Part shown: positions 1-12,659 of the stretch, piece after piece | Layout of the letters: every line of letters begins with the position of its first letter | How positions within the stretch are numbered: the first letter of the stretch is position 1 | Assembly: GCA_964199315.1 (NCBI GenBank) | Contig: OZ116699.1 | Location: 2,046,001 to 2,110,000, forward strand | DNA: 64,000 bases | Direction: 5' to 3' | Origin: Orbicella franksi | Lineage: Eukaryota | The notes under the pieces: model-generated | Seen by the model: the letters and a program-made list of their open reading frames with translations, nothing else | Told to the model about the DNA's origin: nothing | Databases searched by the model: none | Made by a program: the position numbers and the translations under genes

Positions 1-199
1 CTACAAACTAAAATGTTTAATAAGAGATTTACCATCCAAAGCCGATTTCGAACTTTGAGCCATGTTTTGTATTGCGCATGCTCAGAAGAACAAAGACGTC
101 CAGTTAAACTGATTTCCTGTGTAATGAAGGAGAGAGGGCAGAACTGATGATAAGTATTATTCTAAGATGTTCACGTGGTTTGTTTATCAATTGTTACAG

Positions 200-3100
200 C
201 AAGTTGTATTGGTGAGCCTATACTTTTGCAACAATATGTCGTACTCAAGAATTATCAGAAACAATACCATAGCGACATTAGTCTTACTAAAGGACATACA
301 GTGGGCGTTATTGAAAAGCACGAGAGTGGTAAGTACATAGTTGAAGTAAGACACTTGGAACGATCGAGTAAAGATATTGTTTCTCCCGAATCTTTAGTTG
401 ACATAATAAGAAACGAGATACCTAATTCAAGCATGGTCAAAGTTTTGATCGAGACCGTGGATTTGAACTTCCGGCCCTATACGGGGATGTTTTGGCAAGT
501 GACTTGTTCACCCAAGCTCATGTGACAAATAGATTCCCGCCACATTCAGTTGAGAGAGATGCTGTGACAGCCTCGAAAGCTTGTGATCGCTAAAACATTG
601 ACTCTGCTTCGGGATCTCGCAGTTTGCTATTCCACTAAAAAGATGATTTATAATTAACCCAAGTTGGTTGCATAAGGAGCAGCTGTAACAAATTACGTTC
701 AATCTTGTCTTCTCTGAAACAGCTGTAACTTTGGTCAGCACCAAACTCACTGGTAGGCTCTGGAGACGAAATTATCGAAATACCCGAAATTGTTTGCGTC
801 GTTGTACGATTGGTTCGCGAACGATGAAAACCTTTTGCAGTATTGAAAACAAAAAGATTTGTCCAAAGAAGAATTTCCGCATTACGTATAGACTCTGATT
901 CTTTGTTCTCGGTTACTTACACGAGAAAGGGACATGCATCAAAATCGGCGGATCCTGAATGAAACGTGATCATAGGTCCGCCTTGCGTACAAAATCCCAG
1001 GCTCAAAGAAACAACATGATGAAAATAAGACGCGCTTATCAAAACACTCTCCCTGTTTTCTTCTTTTTCTTTTCTGTTGTCAGGGTGGTGGCATGTGGAT
1101 TGTGAAGGTGACATTGGCTGGGTACCAGCATCCTATATCAAGCCTTTATATGATGATGATGGTGATAGCATTGTTACCGAGAGTTTTATTGCTGGAAAAG
1201 GTAAGAACTCATCATCTCCGCTGAAGCAAACAAAGCTGAAGAACTACCAAAAGTCTTTAATCGCCTACAATTAAGGCTCTAGATACCTTACTGTTCCTTT
1301 GTCTTCTACACTGAGAACAATAATTATCTTGATCGTATTACCTTGATGTAAGTAGTTTTTCAGAACTGGCATTGAAAGGTATGTATGTCTGTCTGTCTGG
1401 CTCTCTGCATTTCTTGCTTGACGTTGAAGGATTACTGATCTCTTTTCTGTCTTGTCTTAATTTTACAGAAGAAATTTACATGACAACAAATTCCTACAAG
1501 GCAAAGAAGGAGGACGAAATCAGCTTTGACATCGGTGTCAATCTTCACGTGATAGAGAAAACTCTAGATGGATGGTGGCGAGTGGTGTAAGTTTTTTACT
1601 TTTACATACGAAATTTCAGTGTGGAGGAAGAAAGCCCCAAAGTCTGACGAGGGTTCGTTGCTATAGAACGAAAGATCTCGTAAATAAAGGCTTGACACAT
1701 AAAAGTGTTTCCCGTAAAATCAATGGCTAATTTGAGCAACGCTTTTGAAGTTAAACAAAGTTTTAAATCCGCGCGAGCACTTTTCCTTTCCTCCCTCCAA
1801 TCGCTAGAGATACTTTGCTTCTTTAGAGATTTTTTCAGTTGTTGTGTTTCACTGTCAGCTTTTATCTTGTATCTGTCCTATTATGTCCGACAAGAATTTT
1901 TACTGAAATTCTTGCATCTCTATGTAACGTGGCTTCTTTTGCTGTTTGCACACAGCGTAATATGAAACACAATACATGCCATTGTAAAGTTGCAATGTTG
2001 CAATAAATCGCTCAGCCAATAAAGCAGTGAATCAGTACTGTATAACGTATGGCTGCAGCTATTTAAACTGTCTCGACCTTTTTTATTAGATATATGAACA
2101 AAGAGGGCTGGGCTCCAGCGGTCTTCCTTAAGAGGGTTGGTGTCGCAACTGGCAACTCTCCAGCAATTTTAAAACGTTTGCCAATGATGGGCATGCAGCT
2201 GAGAGACAAAGCAAGTGACACTGAAGAAATTCTAAAGACAACAGTCCAAGATGAAGAGTGCTCTCGTAAGTAACACATGATTTATGTTGAGCTACCTTTC
2301 TCATAACCACTGACAGTGATGGCCGCCAAGTAGTTGTCACGAGATTAAGAGTTTTGATAAGTTTGGAAACGTCCTTGGAGATTTCGAGTTTCGTTTAGTA
2401 TATTTCGCGGCCACTTCTTTTTTTGCTTACGTGAAATGCTTCAATTTGCATTACAATAATGAGCGTCACACTACAGCCGCTCGATAGAAAGTTTGCTCAA
2501 AAAGTATAAATAAAACTGGTCAAACAACTGCTGTTAGAGTGAAATACGCTTTTGTAACTGTAGTTGTCGAAGCTGTTGGAGTGGAATCTCGATTTTTTTG
2601 AACCATCTATGGAAACGGAAATTAGTGCCAAAAATCGAGGGTTCGATTGTAAACCAGTGTTCGTTACATCATCGCTTGGCTGATCAAAAGTCACTCTCGC
2701 AGCGGAAGCAAAGGAAACTTCATTTGGCTAAGGGACTGAAACTTAGTGCAAGGTTTGATGTTGAAATCCTCACTCCGAGCCCTTAGGCACGCGCAAACAC
2801 CGTGCGTTCATAGCACTGAGAATTGATAAGATAAGAAGCAAAATGCTGGGGGAAGAGGTGGGGGTTGGGGCGGAGGTAACTAGTTTTCTAACTTGGCTGT
2901 GCAGCACTAACTCGTGTCCATGTAGGTCTACGCGATGGAAATTTAACTTTCGCGTCAAATGTGTGTACAGATAATTCCAGTTTTATTACAATAATAAGAT
3001 GTATACGAACTGTATTTTCAGTTTTGACGCCTGTTTGGAACACACACAGGCGACACAGTGCTAGCGAGGTATGTTCTGTATTTAATTGATATTTAAAAAG

Positions 3101-6100
3101 ATATGTATATTTGGACATCCTGAAAATGAACATTTACCTTAAAGCAGGAGATTCATGTGTAAGGTATTGTTTATGTTCGAGGGAAATAAGAGGAACCTTA
3201 TTTGAGAGGTAAGGATCAAGCCCAGGAATTGCGATGTGGCAATATTCATATCTGGAAACTTTAAATTTGCTTAAATCCAATCTTCAAAACAAAAGCAGCT
3301 CATAAATGATTCAATAATAAAACAGAGTTTGAATAGTATGATACCTTTATTAGGTTGGGTTTAGCAAAAGACGCAACTAGAAGGAAATATTTTGGCGCGA
3401 TAACAGGTGGTTTTTAAAAGAGACAGATGGCCACTTTGATGAAGAAGACAGACTTAGAAGAAAGTAATAAGAAATTCCTTGATTTCGTTCAGACTCTAAG
3501 CTCCTTACGTTAACAGGTTGAAAAATCTCAGTTGAAAACAGAAAGCCAGGAGAGCCAATTACCAAGTCTTCGATCTATCTGGGGATCTACGGGAGATCTT
3601 CGAGACGCTCTACGAAACCGCAGACGATCGATCTCGGAATTTGAACTTGGACTAACACATCAAAGAAAAGAAGAACCTATAGCCCCTGAGACATTGAGAC
3701 AAAATTGCTCGTTCAGTTTCCCCAACCACATGAAGGAAATTTTTGGGAAAAAGAATGTGTTGGAAAATCTGTCATCGGAAGATGTTCAAACATCTGTAAA
3801 TGTGACCTCTTCACCATCGTCGAGATTGAGATCCTTTTCTGATATTCCTGACCTCTCAAGCTTTACTACGGGAAAGTTTCAACCAAGTGTAAGTAAAAGG
3901 CTGCGTCACCAGAGGGAACTCAGAAGTTCGCTGCCATCAATTTGTATTACTCCGTCCACCAGTGATGCAGAACATTCGCCTTTCTTATCAAGGAAACTGA
4001 GCACCTCAGTGCGGAATGTTGAAAATCGCGGAGGAAATGAAAGTCGAAATTTCAACATTAATCCAGGGGGTCAAAAGAACGGGACCGAAGAAGAGGAAAA
4101 GGAGAAAGGAAAACACCAGCCACAAGGAATAGAGAAGGAAAAAGATCTCATGTACCAGAGACGGGTCGGTGTCGTAGCTGTTACTTCACAAGCAGGTTTG
4201 AAAGACTTTACAGCGATGGACAAACCGTTGAGAAATGAGACGAGAGTCTTCGAGGGGGTGATGAATACCGAAGTTCAAAATGGGGAGTCTTCCCGTAAGT
4301 AGCTTGTAACCTTTAACGTGCGATCCAGTGGTGGCAGTAAGACCCCTATGGTCCATCGGCAAATACAGGTCCTATTCTGTTCTGTTGTACTTACCTGATC
4401 AACCAAATGGTACTACTTCGACATCTATCCCTCTCGCCCTTTTAACTGTCCGTCGCCATTTTTGTAGTCGGCTTCTTTCTGTAGTTCGTGTTAGAGCTGA
4501 GACATTTTTCTCTGGCTTGTCTGAGAATTAGTCTGACAGTGAAACCGATGTCTTTGTCACAATCTCTTACATTAGTGGGGGTGGGTTAGAGTGAACCAGA
4601 GAAAAGTTAGCCAACTATTTTCCATGTGGTCCCTTGATTTTGATTTGTTTGAATCGCCTACAAGTGATGAATCGGGATATAAAGAGCTTGCTCGAAACCA
4701 ACCTAACAGGCGAATTTTTTTCTTTCAGACAGTAAGGGCAGCTTTTGACACGCTCGGTGAAGGGTGGTCCAAGGAAGAGAGTAACCTAGCTTTCCTCTAG
4801 GGACAACTTAGTTCCTTATAAATGGGAAAGGAAAACATACCCAAAAGGGCAGCCATCCATTTTTTTCATAAGCACCATGCAGACCCTTGAATTGCACTTA
4901 CTCCCATACACCACTTCTTACGAGTTTCTCTTTATTCAGAGAGGAAGTACATTCTAGAGAATTGTCACGACAACATAACAGGAAATCCTTTTGACATATG
5001 ATTTTGGCTACATCTGGCTTATCTAAGATATCATTAGTATCGATAAGCCGGCGGTAATGGATAAAAACGATTTCGCAATTCCCTCGACTTATCTTTTCAG
5101 TTTTGATGTCTAGTCCCACGCATCGGAGACACAGCACCAGTGAGGTAAATTTTAATTGGTAGTTTATACTATTTTAAAAATACCCTTTGACGGAATAAGT
5201 CCAATTTCCATTTTGGAAACTTGATAAATGAAGACTTGAATAAAATCGAGTAAAAGAATCGTGCTGCTTGTGCCGCTGGAATTTGTCCCTAATATATCCC
5301 TAAATCTTCAAGTAGGTCTCCCAAAGAAATAAATAAAATATGTTATCGGATATCTCTCAGTCTTGTAAGCGAGGAGGTACCGAGACTCCGATCCCTTGGG
5401 CTTTTATTACTCGGACTTCTGTCTTGCACTTTCTTCGTCTAACGTCTACTGCTGCTTCTACTACTAAAGGTTCTATTGCTTGACTAAGAAATGCACTGGC
5501 ACTTAAATAGCCTATCGGTAGCCATATGTGGGCCACACGGGACGAGCTGACCTTGAAGGATTAAACACTCCTTTACAGTACTAACCCAAACACGAATTTC
5601 AGAAGCGGGCTTCACAGTTCTTGAAACAACCAATAGAAACTCAAGTTTAGAGAACAAGAAACCTAAACAGGATCTTTGTGGGAGATTCAGAGCAAGGCCA
5701 GTAGACAAACCCAAACATGACTATCGATGGGCCTTGTTCGGAGCTTAAGTACTCTTGATAAACTAAGATAAACAAGTTGAAGTCATGAGACTCACCGTGT
5801 GGGCAGTCGGGTCGTAGACTAATGTGGTAACTACCAAATGATAAACAATCGGTGATCACATATAAAAATGCTTAATTCTATACAAGTTTTTGAATATTAC
5901 ATTCACAATTTGAAAGGGTGGGGAGGGGGAAGAGGTGAATGTTATTCTAGGAGATCGCTGTCTGGAGGAGGCAATGGATGTAAGTGGAAAGCGTAAATCT
6001 AACACCATCTTACAAACTAATCCTAGAGAAAAGTTTGAAAAGGGACTAGTGTAGTGAAAAAGAACTACAGAAAGAATGGCAGAATTGCAAGAGCAGGGCC

Positions 6101-9100
6101 TTAGACGTAGCTAAAAGGTATCGAAAGTAAGGTAAGAGATATTTTTGTTTAACTCTTTTACAGCTTGGAGTACCTCCATTGAGGACAGAGAGCCAGAGCA
6201 GCACCTTATCAAGTCATCGATCACAGAGCATGCGTTGTTCCAATAGAGATCTTAGGGACGCGCTTCCAGACCGCGGACTATCTATCTCGGAACTTGATCT
6301 TCGATTAGCAATTCGTAAAGAAGAAGAGCGCTTGGCCGAGGAGGCAAAGAAGCGGAATCGCTCTTCCAGTTTCTCCAGCAACCTCAAGGAATTTTTTGGA
6401 AAAACGAATTCGGCAGAAAGTGAGTCATCGAAAAATGTCCGTGCACCATTGCTGCGACTAAAAGCCTTTTCGAAAAGTCTTGACTCTTCAAGATCACTTG
6501 CGGGTAAATTAAAAGACACTGAGAAAGAAAATTCGTTAAGCGGGCGGGAATCGAGAGCTTCACTGCCATCAATTTGCATCACACCTCCAGTTAGTGATAT
6601 AGAACACTCACCTCGCTTATCAAGGAAACTGGGCTCCATACCAGCGAATGTTCAGGCTCTTGGTGGAAGTGAATATGTAGCTAACAAATTCAATCAGCTG
6701 GGACAAACGATAAAGACAAGCGGACAAGAAGATAATCAATTTCCAACGGAAGAGGGGATACCAAACGCATTTGACGAAAGCAAGTGCGTAACGAAACACC
6801 AGAAACGGGGAGAAAATAAACAGCAAGAACAACAAGCCGGGAGCGACAGGGTCTGTTACTACACCGAGGAGAGCGTCCACCTCGGACAAACTAAACGAGA
6901 ACGAGACAGCAAAACTGAAAAACATGGAATAGGCAATACGGAAGCAAAGAAAGAAGGGCTTGACGACAGAGTGCTTGCTGAAGAAGAACAAGAAAGTTAT
7001 CATTCAATAATTTGTAGGGGGACAGATACTGACAATTTCTTTGCTGTTTGCACTTATCAAGCCAGTGGAGATGGCGAGATGACGGTGTACGAAGGAGATG
7101 AAGTTGAAGTGCTCACTAAAGCTCCTAATGGATGGTGGATGGTCTGCATTGACGATGATGTAGGATGGGTGCCTTCAAATTTTCTGGTCGCAGAGGGGGG
7201 ACAGGAAGACGAGGCCAGTCAAGATAGTCTTGAGTCAGCAGAGGATCAAGAAAATGAGAGACTTTCTTCCGACGATTACGATGGTGACGACGATGAACAA
7301 GAGTGCGAAGACGCTGACGAGCATGGAATTGATAATGGCGAGGAGGAGTACTTTGATATGGTATCTGGAGTAGATGAGGGTGAGGTTTTCATTAAAAACC
7401 TTCAAGCCTTGTTAATTGTACTAGTGTCTCAATGCAACAAACACTACCCTTACAAACCTTTGACTATTGTTTATATAAGCCTAGACGCTTAAGCAGAAGC
7501 GTGAAGCGCCTTTCAAGTAAAACTACGGTGCTGTCAGCATGTGCTTAAAAATCAGTTCCAAGACACCTTTGAGGCATTGCAAAGTGCTTGTAGCTTGTAT
7601 ACGTAGCGACAAAGGTCTGCCTCGGGTTATAAGCTAAGCACTGATGAATTCTTATCATTTTTTATAGGTCAATCTGTAATTTGGGTGCAGCCAGACCAAT
7701 CTCAGCAACGTTGCAACTCGAGCGACGAGATCGACGATAAAAAGAACGAGGTATATATAATTTTGCAGCCCATTGAATTACTCAGACGGAGTCAAGTTTC
7801 TTGTAATAGTTTGTTCCATTGTCGTTCTATATTTTTCAACGTCAGACGCGCATGTGACGACGGTGACTATTTAACGTCGTACCCAGTTATGTGTCAAAAA
7901 AACCTTCCTAGCACTCCCCTTGTCAGCTGACGGCTCGACTTGGGTTCTGATTCCGCTGCGTGTTTACCGTAGTTTTGTTCTGTTTTTGCTTTTGTTGGCT
8001 CATTCTTCAACGTACAAAAGTCCTCTGACGAACAAAAAGCGACTATTTAAGAAATAATAATAATAATGATGATGATGATAATAATAATAATAATGGTTTA
8101 TTAGCAGAGTATCCACACAAAAAAAAATGACTGCTCCTCTATTACTAATTAATAAATTACAAAACCCACTATGACTAAATCTGACGAACGAATAAATAGA
8201 AGAAAGGGTGATTACGTGTAGACACTAAATGTATCGACAAAGTTGAAAATATTATAGTTAAAATGTATAAAAGGTGATGTGTCTCGTAGAAATATTTAAA
8301 AGAATTTTCATTTAATTAAGATAAAGCAGGCAATGTTAAGAATTTATGTAATTTACAGTTAAAAATGTAATAATCACTACAAGTCTTAATATGGTTTGGA
8401 AGACTGTTAAATAGAGACGCAGTATTATCCTCGAAGGTTGCATTTTCATTGGGGACTATACGCGTGGTAGTGTTTAGCCTGCGTAGCAAGCGTTTCCGTG
8501 GGGTTTGGAGGCAAAGAAAGACCGAGGAACGGGATTTTCGGTGTTTTGTCTGCGCGGAAAATGGAGCGAGAACCAAACAAAAAAAAAGAAAGAGGGGGGT
8601 GGGAGAGGGGAAGGAAGGAAACCTTCCCCTCCCCCTCCCCCCTCTTTTACTCGCTCAATTTTTCGCGCTGTAGTTCTTTACTCCCGAACCCCACAGAAAC
8701 GCTTGCTACGCAGGCTAGGTAGTGTTACTACAGCGTAGTTGTCTAGTGACAGTTGCTCATTGTAAAGACAAATAGGACGCCGGGAAGGATCATAAAGTGC
8801 TTTAAATGTTAATTGAAGTGTTGTTCCCACTTTAAATTTCTCGCATAATGACACCCAGAAGCTTTGTATGGGTGATTCTTTCAAGATAGTAATTAGAAAT
8901 TTTGGCAAGCCTAAATTCTTCTCTTTGAGGTTATGGACCCGGGCCATTTGAGGGTGGTTGACGGCAGCACTGATTTAGTTTTTACTCGGTTAAGAGCAAG
9001 AATCAAGACTGTGTACCTAAATCATGAAGGGTCGAGTTCAGGTCAAAAGTTCTTACTGATAGTTCTTTTACCGAGCAGTGTTTTTAAACGGTCGTGTCGT

Positions 9101-10731
9101 CAGCATATTGATAGCATACGGTGGAATCACCGAGGTTGTCGCTGAAGTCGGAGACGTAGGTATCAAAGAGCAGAGGGCCTAAAATAGAGCCTTGCGGCAC
9201 ACCAAAATAAGGTTGGACAAGTGCTGAGTTCCTGTAATCAATTTGAACGTATTGGTTACCGTTAGATAAATAGCTTGTCATCCAGTGAAGAAAATGGTCC
9301 ATGTTTCAGCTGACATGTCATTTGTGAACACAGAAAGCAGGGAAAACACAAAGTCTAAAAACTGAAGAAAGAAGCGTTTTCAGTAGTTTAGAGCAACTCT
9401 AGCTTCTCGAGTCCTCTCCAAACTAAATACTTCCACAATATGATAAACTTGCTCATGCATATGGCGTAAGCATTGACCGTTTCGTTATAATTCAGCTAGT
9501 GGGAAAAACATCAAACAAACTACATTCTCTGAATGGAAACTTCATAGGGAATTCAAAAGCCTAGCCAAACCTATGATTTTTGTTTTTAATTTTAAAAGTG
9601 TTTCATTATAGAATGCCGAGCTTTAAATCATAGTCGGTTGATTTCTTAAATCAAAAGTATAGTGGCAGGTTTTTCAAAAGGTTTTGTGGTTTTGTGACCC
9701 TTGTTTACTTTGTTTCCATTCCTTTTATTTTGAAGCGTGTTCATAACAAGAGGTGCCATTACAAAGGATCACCACGGCTTAGCTGGAACGAGTGCTGGTT
9801 TGACCCTGCAGACGCCATTAGACAATCAAGCGAGATTTGGTCAAACAGCAGCACGGGGACAAACTCATCTAACAGCGACAAGCCGCCGAGATATGAAAGA
9901 AGCAGGAGAAAGAGAAATGAAAAGAAGGCATTTATTAACGACAAGCAAGCTTACAGCACAGAAAGAGGATATAACATGGTGCACCGCATCAAAGCCCCGA
10001 GCAGTAGTAAGGAAGCAGTATGCAGACAACAAAAATGGCACAAAAGATTTGAGGCGATGAATGGTGTTCGTTGCTTGTCAAAGGAGCATCATTCTCTCCC
10101 CACAGGAAGCCGCAGAATGTCACCAGCAAAACATAAAAATGTAGTATCTTATGATTCTGGGTTTCCCGAAGATGAGAGAACAAACGCTATTCGGAGGATG
10201 AGAAAGCCCATGTCGGTGCCTGATAGCAGAGCGAATTACCACAATCGGCTGTCACATACGAGTTACCACTCACAATTTGACGACGGCTACGTTCTTAGAA
10301 ATCTGCTGCAGTACAGGCCTGACAGAGCACCTTTAAATGTATTTCATGAAGATAACTCGTCCGACAGTGAAGTGTTTCAAAAGAAGAACAATCGCAATGT
10401 ATACGAAGGTTCATCTTGTGATAATTTGGCAGTTCACTCGTATATCCGGCGGCCAAGGAAGAAAACAAATCGAAGCAAACTACCCAAATGCTCAATTCAG
10501 AAAGATGCTCCCTACAGCCGACACCCATCGGGAGGCCATAGCTCAAAATTGGCCTATCAAGCCATCGCCTCTTACCGGGCTTCAGCGGACGACACAATTG
10601 ATCTGTACGAGGGGGACAAAGTTCAAGTCATTCGGAAAAGTGAAGGAGGATGGTGGCTCGTGAAAATTGACGACGAAGAAGGATGGGCGCCTTCTAACTA
10701 TCTTGAGCCAATAACGTGCTTTGATGGATGA
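200..10731 (+). CDS. SH3PXD2-like: Gene 1: SH3PXD2/Tks-like multi-SH3 adaptor, 5'-truncated (PX exons presumably upstream of the window); 4 SH3 domains visible, ~1230 aa visible
   Basis: Phase-consistent GT-AG exons: 200-328, 1084-1200, 1469-1586, 2090-2265, 3022-3068, 3517-4294, 5101-5144, 6164-7379, 7668-7750, 9736-10731 (stop). Tandem SH3s ([35 protein letters not shown]...GWVPASY; YMTTNSYKAKKEDEISF...DGWWRVV...EGWAPAVFL) plus SH3s at ~7030-7190 (GWWMV...GWVPSNFL) and ~10555-10710 (GGWWLV...GWAPSNYL). Exon sizes 117 and 118 nt match the paralogs in this window. Confidence 0.85.
1632..1693 (+). ncRNA. Candidate degenerate minimal hammerhead-like motif (Penelope pLTR type) in a gene 1 intron
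   Basis: CTGACGA (1644-1650), GTTC/GAAC stem, GAA followed by palindromic AGATCT-C, distal AAGCC/GGCTT pairing. Proximal stem I is poor and two extra G's precede stem II. Confidence 0.3.
8052..8092. repeat. (AAT)n/(GAT)n microsatellite
   Basis: aataataataataatgatgatgatgataataataataataat read directly. Confidence 0.9.
8475..8717. mobile_element. MITE with terminal inverted repeats and a 9-bp flanking direct repeat
   Basis: TIR TAGCCTGCGTAGCAAGCGTTTC / GAAACGCTTGCTACGCAGGCTA. GGTAGTGTT occurs at 8466-8474 and 8718-8726. Internal purine/pyrimidine hairpin. The overlapping ORFs are artefacts of the palindrome. Confidence 0.85.
8790..9302 (-). mobile_element. Degenerate non-LTR retrotransposon (CR1/L2/Jockey-type) reverse transcriptase fragment
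   Basis: WMTSYLSNGNQYVQI...GVPQGSILGPLLF...YQYADDTTV (YADD at 9096-9107). Downstream, after stops and frameshifts, KLLGVIM...LKWEQH. Confidence 0.9.
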
Positions 10732-11765
10732 ACTTGTAGCGCAGTTTATAAGCTATAGAAGAGCGAATATTGCCATCAGCCTGCACATATATACTGATTC
10801 AAAGTTTTCATTTTGCACTATTTATGATAGCCAAATCAGCTATTTGTGTATTAATATTTACATTTTATCTTCACGATTTTACATTCGTTATGGAATATTT
10901 ATCGTTCATTTTAAGTTCATTTTACATTAAGCTTAAGACGACTTTTTAGCATGCATACTTTACAAAAGAACTTCGGAAACTTTGATCATAGTCTGCTGAC
11001 AAAAGTAAGCGCTATTCTGATTTATCCCATGGAATTTGAAAAGGTTGCTGTAAGTAACTCGAAAGTTTGATGGAATTGCGGAATCTTGTTCAATATGAAA
11101 ATGAGACTCATTTAGTTTACGGCGGTCTTTTTGGTAACGTAACATAGTGAAGTATAGGATTCATAATACAATCTTTGAAGTGTAGACTTCAGCAACTAAT
11201 TATGACTATAGCCTAAGTAAAGTACGTTTTCCAAATAAATTAGCATCATTTCTTGTAGTATGCTTAAATCTGAAGGCAAAATAGCGTAATAAAGACAAAG
11301 TACTCCCTCTTAGTTCATCTACTGTTGTAGATCGTTTCCTTTATAAATCAAATTCATGAAGCTCCCTTTAGTATTCTTGGTTACGGTGTCATTATATGTG
11401 CTTTGTGATAAACAATTAAGCTGCATCACCCAAGGAATTAGGCGAAAACACCTCTTTTGATTCACCCACTCCTCTCGAGAAGCAATATTGAACCTGTGGG
11501 GGAGGGGTGGGAGAGTAAGACCCAAGTTTAACTTAATTTTCGTTTTAACAAAAGAGAGTTAATAATTAACTTGAACATCCTGGTTTTACGTTTGAAAAGC
11601 GTCTTGTCATATTCAACGTGGAGGTAAAATGATTTCCTCGCCGAGAGAGTAGTTTAAATTTTATTGACAACGTCAGCCTGCATTGTACTGGGCAGGAATT
11701 TTCTTAATTGGTCACGCGTCCATTACCTCACGGATATAAATTATGCGAGTAGCGGACGGCTTTTT

Positions 11766-11801
11766 TACCCTGAAGATGACGTTATGTCGTAAACGTTTGG
11801 T
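11766..11801 (+). ncRNA. Degenerate hammerhead-like motif in a probable Penelope-type repeat end
   Basis: CTGAAGA-T-GAC-GTTAT-GTC-G(T)AAACGTT-TGGT: core, stem II and palindromic AACGTT are present, but GAAA is interrupted by a T. Confidence 0.4.
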
Positions 11802-12659
11802 TTTTTCACTTTTAGCCATTTTAAAAAACATTTTAGCCTTGTTAAATATTTTTTCATTTGCATTAGTGTTCAAGTACAATTCTACTAATAGACAATATGA
11901 CAGACCTAAGATATTTCATGAACTGTAAGTAAGTGTCCTGAGAACAACGGACATTCGCGTTGAATATTCCTCCTCTGCTGTAGAATCTTAGAAATCTAGC
12001 AAAGCACTTGTGAGTTACGACCTCCTTTCCTATATTTGGCATTTGATTTGAAAGGATTCTCTTATCAGTCTGCTTTAGTTCTTATTATAAAGGAGGGCGA
12101 CACGCAAACATAGTTAGAATTGCGTGACGCAAAAGGACTACCGCCGACGCAAAAGCTTTTGGAATGTGCGTGTCGATCAGTCGCAAACAACAATGTCCAT
12201 TTCTCGCGACATAGCTCAAGGCTAAAATCGCGGTTTGGCATGATAAAAACCTAAAACGAACGAATAGTGGCTGGTTTTATGCGTCAATTTAGTGCGGAAC
12301 ATGAAACTGGTCTTATAATGCGATCAAATCGCAATCAAAGGTGCATACAGCCATTTTCTCATACATCCCATGGGCACTACACTTGCTATTTAAACTTGAT
12401 AAGTCCAGCCAGTGTTTTCATAGTTTTTACTGGTTGCAAAAATGAACTGGATATTTCACTAATGTATCAAAGACAAATAAATGTATGTGTAAGTGTTGTT
12501 TCATTACAATCAAAGACGGGCATTACATTGCAATTATTCTTTGATAAAAATGCTAACTCGCTGAACTAATTGCGTGCGATTCATCTTTCACTTTCACAAA
12601 TCTTAAGCTTTTGTGCAGAATGGAACTCAGTAAAGGTAATTATTATTCTATTATCATTC

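Noticed and set aside
175-525. ORF as a standalone 116-aa protein
   Set aside because: SH3 similarity stops exactly at the GTAAG donor (328/329). The remainder is intron read-through.
3427-3516. Short ORF in frame with exon 3517 and separated by one TAA (possible readthrough or sequencing error)
   Set aside because: The micro-exon 3022-3068 already supplies a correct phase-0 junction to the 3517 acceptor, so nothing requires readthrough.
4800-6130. Possible transposon ORF remnants in gene 1 introns
   Set aside because: The frames are short and broken with no recognisable domain, and part of the signal is the antisense of the real micro-exon 5101-5144.
6214-6639. Antisense ORFs over large exons (also 24217-24513, 29224-29478, 35706-36122)
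   Set aside because: These are shadows of the real coding exons and show no independent motifs.
3517-7379. Large exons as alternative first exons in a variable/constant arrangement
   Set aside because: The paralogous micro-exons at 3022 and 5101 connect all exons in one continuous frame, which is the simpler model.
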